Shown: positions 7,416 through 12,979 of the stretch, piece by piece
Layout of the letters: the number at the start of each line of letters is the position of its first letter
Numbering within the stretch: position 1 is the first letter of the stretch
Assembly: GCA_016840065.1 (NCBI GenBank)
Contig: JAEOTB010000057.1
Location: 1-12,979 of the forward strand
From: Candidatus Hermodarchaeota archaeon
GTDB taxonomy: Archaea; Asgardarchaeota; Hermodarchaeia; Hermodarchaeales; Hermodarchaeaceae
Direction: 5' to 3'
DNA length: 12,979 bases
The notes under the pieces: generated by a model
Database searches by the model: none
Told to the model about the DNA's origin: nothing
What the model saw: only the letters and a program-made list of their open reading frames with translations
Position numbers and translations under genes: made by a program

Positions 7416-8033
7416 TCAATCTAGGGGCGTGCCACATTCGGAGCAATGTTCCCAATCAGGCTGCACTGTTTTACCACAGCTAGGACAACTTCCCGGTTTT
7501 GCTTTAGCCTCGGATTCCTGTTTAGGGGGAATAATGGAGGGTGGGGGAGTAGTATCCCTTGATCGTTTATACAGAGTAAAAGCGCTCATTCCAATACACA
7601 GAGGAAGACCCACCAAAATGTGTATCCACCCGAGAACTATGAAAATCAACAAGTATGGGAGACTTATGGTGAAATCTACAACCCCGAAAAGGCTTGATAA
7701 TATTAAATTAAACACACCAACCGAAATCAGCCAGAGGATGCCGATATACAGTGGGCTCGCCCAGCGTATTCCTTCAATAATACAGACAACTCCCAGCCCA
7801 AGGAATAGTATTCCCATGAAAGGGATGAGTAGGCTTATGCCGTTCACAAAGGGTGAAAGTAGAAGTATGATAGTACCAAAAATCATCCGGCCTGTACGAT
7901 AGTCTAGTGCCTTCTCTATGCCCTTACCTATAGCCCAGAACGCGACTATAATTACGACGATGACAATGACAATGATAGCGACTATTAACAGCACTACTTC
8001 ACTCGGTATCGGAAGCCAGGGAAAAATCTGCAT
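7416..8033 (-). CDS. Multi-pass membrane protein with C-terminal zinc ribbon
   Basis: About 5 hydrophobic segments, a Pro-rich linker, and CPSCGK...WEHCSECGTPL. AGGAGG upstream of the start. Confidence 0.8.
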   Translation of the reverse strand: MQIFPWLPIPSEVVLLIVAIIVIVIVVIIVAFWAIGKGIEKALDYRTGRMIFGTIILLLSPFVNGISLLIPFMGILFLGLGVVCIIEGIRWASPLYIGILWLISVGVFNLILSSLFGVVDFTISLPYLLIFIVLGWIHILVGLPLCIGMSAFTLYKRSRDTTPPPSIIPPKQESEAKAKPGSCPSCGKTVQPDWEHCSECGTPLD

Positions 8034-8097
8034 TCTAATTAATGCCCTCCTATAACCCTCTATGTCTTTCTAGTCCCCTAAGTACGTTTCTACTAAG

Positions 8098-8150
8098 GGC
8101 GAAAAATCCTATTGTATGCTTTAACTCAAATGAAATGAGGATTTATCGCC
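8098..8150. repeat. Inverted repeat (12/13) with 27-nt AT-rich spacer, upstream of the zinc-ribbon gene
   Basis: GGCGAAAAATCCT (8098-8110) and AGGATTTATCGCC (8138-8150). Confidence 0.55.
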
Positions 8151-8313
8151 GTGTGAAAAATATTCGGGCATCTCCCAACCAAGTATCAACTAGCTTCTAG
8201 TTCGAACACCAACCCGGACCCCCTGTCTGGTTTGGATAAGTTTTGGACAACGGAGTCAGGAATCCTAGTAAGAAATATCCAAATCTAGGGTTCCTTTCTC
8301 CCTCTACTGGACA

Positions 8314-9252
8314 TCACTTCTTAGTATAGGCCAAGATTACGCTGACTTCTTTGAATTCCGAATCTTTCGACATCAGAGCTGGCGCGGCGTAAGAGCTTGT
8401 CGAAAAGCCCCATCTAACCCTTAGTGGTATATCTGTCCACTTTGCGGCAACGCATTCCTTAGCCACTTCGATTAGAAGTCGTTTCCATGCATGGGTGTAG
8501 CCTGGACGGATGGCGGTGAACCGCATTATTGTTCGCTCGCCTTTTCCTGTCAGGAAAACACCATCAGGTTTGTAGCGGAGGGGTGCACTTGCAGCGACTA
8601 GCTTGTTTCCCTTGAACACCATCACAGCATGCCCTGCCTTGAGGACTCGGTCATCAAAGTAGCTTACCCAAGCGTCCCTGTTGGGGAAAGCGCTCCGGGA
8701 TTGCGGATCAGCTAGGCAGATATCGATGAGGGCGTCACGGTCTTTTTGTGTCGCCTTTCGTCCGCGGAGGGATTTGATGTCCTTTGTCATCTTCCATTTT
8801 GCGGCTTCTTTGACATCGATGTCATGGTCTGATACGAAGAATCTTTCTTTCTCTATGAATCCCTTTTCGAGGAAGAATCGGATTTGTTCTTTGTGTATCT
8901 TGCTTTCATATGTGACATTGGTACCGATTTCTTGAATCTTCTTCTGGCGTTTCAAGTATCCAAATAGGTCCTCGAAGAGTTTCTCTTGTACTTCTTTCGG
9001 GCAGCCCGGTAGGGCCCATGGGTATCCCATGCCAATGGACCAGGGTTCATAGTCTCCGCCGCTGGCTGAGATGTAAGCTAGCGGTTTGCCTTCTTTGGTA
9101 AAGGCGAATCGCATCAGCTTTGGGTCTCTTCCCTCGGCTTGTATTCTAATTTGTTCAGCGTTGGCAGGGAGTCCTGTGGCTTTTGTGTAGATTTTTGCTC
9201 GGACTTCTTCTAGTCCTTGGTTTGGTTTGTAGTGTTTGTATACGATTTTCAT
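8314..9252 (-). CDS. Hypothetical protein, putative tandem GNAT-fold, paralog 2
   Basis: 312-aa ORF with GAGGT RBS. GNAT-like end motif FFLEKGF, second repeat RKATQKD...LVAAS...AIRPGYTHAWKRLL. Collinear with the neighbouring gene. Confidence 0.75.
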   Translation of the reverse strand: MKIVYKHYKPNQGLEEVRAKIYTKATGLPANAEQIRIQAEGRDPKLMRFAFTKEGKPLAYISASGGDYEPWSIGMGYPWALPGCPKEVQEKLFEDLFGYLKRQKKIQEIGTNVTYESKIHKEQIRFFLEKGFIEKERFFVSDHDIDVKEAAKWKMTKDIKSLRGRKATQKDRDALIDICLADPQSRSAFPNRDAWVSYFDDRVLKAGHAVMVFKGNKLVAASAPLRYKPDGVFLTGKGERTIMRFTAIRPGYTHAWKRLLIEVAKECVAAKWTDIPLRVRWGFSTSSYAAPALMSKDSEFKEVSVILAYTKK

Positions 9253-9277
9253 TTCTTTGAACCTCTTTTGTATTGGT

Positions 9278-10213
9278 TTATTGTCGGTATGTTAGTATGA
9301 CCTCGAAGGCTTCGATTTCGGGTCGAATGGCTGCTAGACCTAGTGCGGTGTTTGCACTGGTTGAGAAGGAGAAAGTAGCTCTGAGTGGGATGTCTGTCCA
9401 TTCAGCAGCCATACATTCCTTTGCGACTTCAATTAGCAATCTTTTCCAGGCTTGATGATATCCGGGTCGGATGGCGGTGAAGCGCATTACTATTCGTTCG
9501 TCCTCTCCTGTGAGGAAGATGCCTTCTGGTTTGAACTTAAGAGGCGCACTTGCAGCGACGATCTGGTCGCCCTTTGAAATCAGGATTGTGTGTCCTGCTT
9601 TGAGAACGCGGTCTTTGAAGTAGATTCTCATGGCGTTCTCCGAGGGGAATGCGCGTTTCATGTAAGGATCTGATTGGCAGATTTCTACTAATCGTTCAAC
9701 ATCGTCTGCTGTTGCCAAGCGGCTCTCATAGGAGCTTATGTCTTTTGTTATCTTCATTGTGGCAGCTTCTTTGATGTCATAGTCTAGGTTGTATCGGTAT
9801 AGTACTTCGTTTTCGCTGAATCCTTTTTCTTTGAAGAACTCTAGTTGTTCATCAAAGATTTTTGAGCCATAGACTATCGTAGTTGATATCACTCGGGTTT
9901 CTCGGCGGCCTTTAAGATATTCAAATAATTCGTTGAAGATTTTTTCTTGGACCTCTTTGGGGCACCCTTTCATTGCCCAGGGATATCCGATGTATGTCAC
10001 CCCGGGGTCGGATGTAGAATCTCTGGCGGTTGTGTATGCTAGGGGTTTCCCGTCTTTGGTGAGAGCATATCGGGTCATTTCGGGGCTTCGGCTCATGTTC
10101 CGTTCCCGGATTTGTTCTGCAGTTGCAGGAAGACCCGAAATCGTTGAATAAATCTTGGCTTGTAATTCCTCTAAACCTTCATCTGGTTTCCATTGCTTGT
10201 AAACAATCTTCAT
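9278..10213 (-). CDS. Hypothetical protein, putative tandem GNAT-fold, paralog 1
   Basis: Start MKIVYKQ (ATG 10213) aligns with the paralog's MKIVYKH. Shared GYPWA..GCPKEVQEK, DRVLKAGH, AASAPL and MRFTAIRPGY. Confidence 0.75.
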   Translation of the reverse strand: MKIVYKQWKPDEGLEELQAKIYSTISGLPATAEQIRERNMSRSPEMTRYALTKDGKPLAYTTARDSTSDPGVTYIGYPWAMKGCPKEVQEKIFNELFEYLKGRRETRVISTTIVYGSKIFDEQLEFFKEKGFSENEVLYRYNLDYDIKEAATMKITKDISSYESRLATADDVERLVEICQSDPYMKRAFPSENAMRIYFKDRVLKAGHTILISKGDQIVAASAPLKFKPEGIFLTGEDERIVMRFTAIRPGYHQAWKRLLIEVAKECMAAEWTDIPLRATFSFSTSANTALGLAAIRPEIEAFEVILTYRQ

Positions 10214-10814
10214 CTGTTTCAGCACTCTCTGAGTGTAATAGCGTTGTGATGGCTTCCCGTCCTGCTCGGCAGGCGCTTCTCATAACGCTGGTGCGTTCAC
10301 GAACTTCACCCCGTCCTGAAACACCAGGAGCTAGAATGGTTTCGAGAAGCTCCACTCCCAAATAATCCAGAGTGCTTGTTATCATCCCAACCGTATGACG
10401 TGCCGTAGTTTCTCCTCCACCCAAGGGTATAGTGAGGATTACTTTCTTTTCAGCAAAATTCACGTGCTTTGCTCCATACCAGCGATCAACAAATGCTTTG
10501 AATTGGGCGGTTGGTCCCCACCAGTAGACTGGTGTGCCAAGGACCCAGATTTGGCTGCGCTGCATCTTTTCTAGAATCTCTGGTAGGTCGTCTTGATGGA
10601 CGCATGTTCCGGTTTTCTGGCAGGCATTGCAGGCTTGGCAGGGCTTAATATCTAGTTTGTTAAGAATGATCTTTTCTGTCAGGGCGCCTGCCTTTTGTGC
10701 GCCGGTGAGGACTGCTTCTATTAGAAAATCGGTGTTTCCATCGCGTCGGGGGCTACCTGAGAGGCCGAGTACGTATGGTTGAGCTTTGTCTTCCTTTGGC
10801 ATCTTTGCCGGCAT
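10179..10814 (-). CDS. Flavodoxin family / iron-sulfur flavoprotein (Isf-like, NADPH-dependent FMN reductase family)
   Basis: GSPRRDGNT FMN loop, CQACNACQKTGTC (CX2CX2CX5C), GTPVYW, KAFVDR. Confidence 0.9.
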   Translation of the reverse strand: MPAKMPKEDKAQPYVLGLSGSPRRDGNTDFLIEAVLTGAQKAGALTEKIILNKLDIKPCQACNACQKTGTCVHQDDLPEILEKMQRSQIWVLGTPVYWWGPTAQFKAFVDRWYGAKHVNFAEKKVILTIPLGGGETTARHTVGMITSTLDYLGVELLETILAPGVSGRGEVRERTSVMRSACRAGREAITTLLHSESAETDEDCLQAMETR

Positions 10815-10868
10815 CCTTGCGTTTCTTTTGGCGCTCCTGTGGGAATGGGCTTTGGAGAACAGGAAGTT

Positions 10869-10908
10869 TTCTCATAACATGAGAACATAGGTTCGAAGCA
10901 TTATATAA
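10869..10908 (-). promoter_or_regulatory. Putative promoter (TTATATAA) and palindromic operator for the isf-GNAT-GNAT operon
   Basis: TTATATAA at 10901-10908. Perfect 7-3-7 palindrome TTCTCAT-AAC-ATGAGAA at 10869-10885, near the expected start site. Confidence 0.5.
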
Positions 10909-11038
10909 GTCTATTGATATCGGAGAATGATATGTACTCAGATGCGAAAGGATATTCTGTAGCTGAGACTATTCACGCAAAAAGTGAAACGCCTCTAGAA
11001 CCCGGGAAACGCCACTAAAACGCAATCTCCTGACCTTC

Positions 11039-11605
11039 TTAGTTGTTCCTACAAACACTCCTACAGACGCAGGGAATGACTACAACGGCAATTACGAGCA
11101 GGCTGACGAGCCAGACAAGCCCATCTCCTAAGAAATCCAATACGTCAAAGGTAGGAGCAACAGGCGACCAGTAGTAGCGCCCGATAATAACCCCCACCAG
11201 CTGAGAGAGCATGCCTGTATTGTTTAACACCAGATGCCAGCTGCCGCCACGAGGGAAGATGACTTCAGCATCGAGGGGTCGTGAGGTATTCTCCGCTAGC
11301 AAACAGTTTGTGGTGGTTCCCTCCTGTAGCCATTCCTGGTAGGCTGCATCGTCGCAGACCAAAACGGTCACATGCCGAAAACCCATACAACTGAGGGAGA
11401 CGTTGATGGCCCAGAGTTCCCCCGCACTTACCGTGGTGTTGAAGTGCCACATTCCGTAGCTGGGGAGGTTCTCAAAGTAGCTGTAGAAATCATAGTCGAT
11501 AAAGGTCCATTCCCCCTCCCCTGCCTGGCTGGAGGGGAGGAGAAAGAGGGATCCAACCAAGACCAGCAGGAGGAGTGGAAGAATGACGCGGGTGTTGGCG
11601 TTCAC
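11039..11605 (-). CDS. Type I membrane protein: signal peptide, GOLD/p24-like beta-sandwich, C-terminal TM helix, Cys-rich tail (188 aa)
   Basis: GTG 11605 behind AGGAGGTG. Signal peptide RVILPLLLLVLVGSLFLLPSSQA, then VTVLVCDDAAYQEW...FPRGGSWHLVLNN, TM LVWLVSLLVIAVVVI, tail PCVCRSVCRNN. Confidence 0.7.
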   Translation of the reverse strand: MNANTRVILPLLLLVLVGSLFLLPSSQAGEGEWTFIDYDFYSYFENLPSYGMWHFNTTVSAGELWAINVSLSCMGFRHVTVLVCDDAAYQEWLQEGTTTNCLLAENTSRPLDAEVIFPRGGSWHLVLNNTGMLSQLVGVIIGRYYWSPVAPTFDVLDFLGDGLVWLVSLLVIAVVVIPCVCRSVCRNN

Positions 11606-11721
11606 TCTTGAACACCTCCTTCTTCTGGGTCTTCGTCTTCTTGGGGAGAGCTTGTTACTTGTGGAGTGGGTTTGTCGTTGGGTTCGAGTTCCTTTAGATA
11701 TCCTTTGGGTGGGTAGGTCAT
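11602..11721 (-). CDS. Small acidic Pro-rich protein (39 aa), absent from the ORF track
   Basis: AGAGGA RBS, ATG 11721, MTYPPKGYLKELEPNDKPTPQVTSSPQEDEDPEEGGVQE. Its TGA overlaps the next gene's GTG (GTGA). Confidence 0.5.
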   Translation of the reverse strand: MTYPPKGYLKELEPNDKPTPQVTSSPQEDEDPEEGGVQE

Positions 11722-11782
11722 GGTTGTTTCCTCTAAGGGATGTGTAGGCCCAAACCAATACTTAACTGTTTATTTGAAAGAT

Positions 11783-11965
11783 TAATCCATTTAGATATGA
11801 AAGGTTGTGGTTTTTCACCAAATGGACAAAAAAGATGCCAGAAATTCTCCAAATGGAGAAAAGAATTCCCCAAATGGAGAAGAAATGCGCTAAGAATTCT
11901 CCAAATGGAGAAAGGCTTATAAAAGAACCAAAATCGGCGAGAAAATAGAATCTCCAAATGGAGAA
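11783..11965. promoter_or_regulatory. Array of phased palindromic operator-like repeats TTCTCCA-AA-TGGAGAA
   Basis: Copies start at 11783 (degenerate), 11814, 11845, 11866, 11897 and 11950. TTATAAAA at 11917-11924 lies between the last two. Confidence 0.85.
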
Positions 11966-12010
11966 CCCCATGAATTCTCTTGGAAGTCGAAGAGAAAGGT
12001 GAGATGAACT

Positions 12011-12475
12011 GTGTCAGAATCCATCGAGAAACAGATACTCCTTGCCTCCCCAAAGGCAGTTCGCTTATCCATCGGTAAACTCATTACATTGACTGGTCAG
12101 CCCAGGAATGTCCTAAAATATCGGGTCGGCCAGCTCCTTGAGAGTGACCGCCTCCGCCTTACAGCCACTGTAAATACCGAAAGACTGGGCGTCCTTACCC
12201 TTGTCGAAATACGGATTAAAGCTAGCCGCCGTATGCTCAAAGAAGAACTGGTTGACTATGTGGAGCAGATCTGCATGCATCTGCTCAGGTGGCCAACACC
12301 GGTGTGTGTTACACCCAGCCCCGACCATATTATCGCTCTGACCTATGCGGATACAGACAAGCTGCTGGGGGAGCTGCAGGCCACTTTTGCTCTTGACACG
12401 GATGAAATCATGTCACAAAGCCCTGTACACAGCCACGCTCCGATTCTGCTCGAACCCAGGAGGTGGACCCGGTGA
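12011..12475 (+). CDS. Divergent Lrp/AsnC-like winged-HTH transcriptional regulator
   Basis: SIGKLITLTGQPRNVLKYRVGQLLESDRL (HTH) followed by TATVNTERLG...VEIRIK (Lrp linker pattern). 154 aa, AAGGTGAG RBS before GTG. Confidence 0.6.
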   Translation: MSESIEKQILLASPKAVRLSIGKLITLTGQPRNVLKYRVGQLLESDRLRLTATVNTERLGVLTLVEIRIKASRRMLKEELVDYVEQICMHLLRWPTPVCVTPSPDHIIALTYADTDKLLGELQATFALDTDEIMSQSPVHSHAPILLEPRRWTR

Positions 12476-12978
12476 CTCTGGCTTCACTTCTACAAAGATT
12501 GGATCCTGGCACCCTCACCGTAATCCTCTGCACCAGTAGACACAAGGTGGAGGGGTGCCTCCTCGCTTATGATTTGATGCGCCGCGCTATGTTACAGGAC
12601 AAGGTTGTTTATGCCTTTAGCCAGCGCCACCCTAGCCTCGAATGGGCCATTCCCCATGCTAAGGCTAACCAGCTTTCCTTGGTTGACCTCACCCACCATG
12701 GGCTATCAGCCTATGCAGATCTTACCAGTCAGGTCAGGAGACGCCAGCGAGGGGAAATCCCCAATTACTTCTTTGTGGATCACACTGAATCAACAAAGGC
12801 CGTACTCCACACAATTACCCGCATCAAAGAGCTGGAGAACAGACCCCTTGTCTGGGTCTGGAATACACCCAGCGACCTCCTCACCCTGGGCATTGACGAA
12901 AACACCCTGGTCACCGCCCTCCGCAGGTTCCGTGCCCACCTCCTCAGCTGGGGCGACCGAGCCCTACTACTTGTCATT
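12472..12978 (+). CDS. Degenerate RecA-fold KaiC/RAD55-like protein, 3'-truncated by the window edge
   Basis: GGAGGTG RBS; GTG overlaps the upstream TGA; open to the window end. Translation MTLASLLQRLDPGTLTVILCTSRHKVEGCLLAYDLMRRAMLQDKVVYAFS...LSLVDL...LVWVWNTPSDLL...ALRRFRAHLLSWGDRALLLVI follows KaiC/RAD55 strand-helix order but lacks GKT. Confidence 0.6.
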   Translation, partial: MTLASLLQRLDPGTLTVILCTSRHKVEGCLLAYDLMRRAMLQDKVVYAFSQRHPSLEWAIPHAKANQLSLVDLTHHGLSAYADLTSQVRRRQRGEIPNYFFVDHTESTKAVLHTITRIKELENRPLVWVWNTPSDLLTLGIDENTLVTALRRFRAHLLSWGDRALLLVI

Positions 12979-12979
12979 A

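Noticed and set aside
7219-7902. 227-aa + strand ORF and 7230..7424
   Set aside because: Antisense shadow of the zinc-ribbon membrane gene, overlapping the structured element, with no recognisable motifs.
11783-11965. CRISPR array
   Set aside because: Repeats are only 16 bp, gaps are 5-37 nt and irregular, a TATA box lies inside, and no cas genes are in the window.
11733-12053. ORFs 11733..12053, 11740..11922 and 11762..11971 with repeated FSIWR/KWR peptides
   Set aside because: Translation artefacts of the DNA palindrome array in a promoter region.

Overview
Archaeal chromosomal window (GGTGA/GGAGG RBSs, TATA-like boxes). The gene mix (stand-alone V4R proteins, TPR protein with a longin-like C-terminus, GOLD-like membrane protein, zinc-ribbon membrane protein) suggests an Asgard-type archaeon; this is inference. 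Contents: 3' part of a GltD/SudA/NfnB-like oxidoreductase; two tandem V4R genes; a DUF3303-like small protein; two single-domain MgtE/SLC41 genes; a 727-aa TPR protein; a zinc-ribbon membrane protein; two paralogous GNAT-like genes; an iron-sulfur flavoprotein; a GOLD-like type I membrane protein preceded by a coupled 39-aa ORF; and a divergent Lrp/AsnC-like regulator coupled to a degenerate KaiC/RAD55-like gene that runs off the end. Two non-coding signals stand out. (1) Six helically phased palindromes (TTCTCCA-AA-TGGAGAA) fill the divergent promoter at 11783-11965. (2) Two intergenic elements flanking the TPR gene (4453-4585, 7166-7364) share the 5' 13-mer CGGACGTGAGACG, and each closes with its own complementary 3' end, suggesting a structured ncRNA or MITE-like family. 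Family calls come from motif recognition by eye, not database searches.
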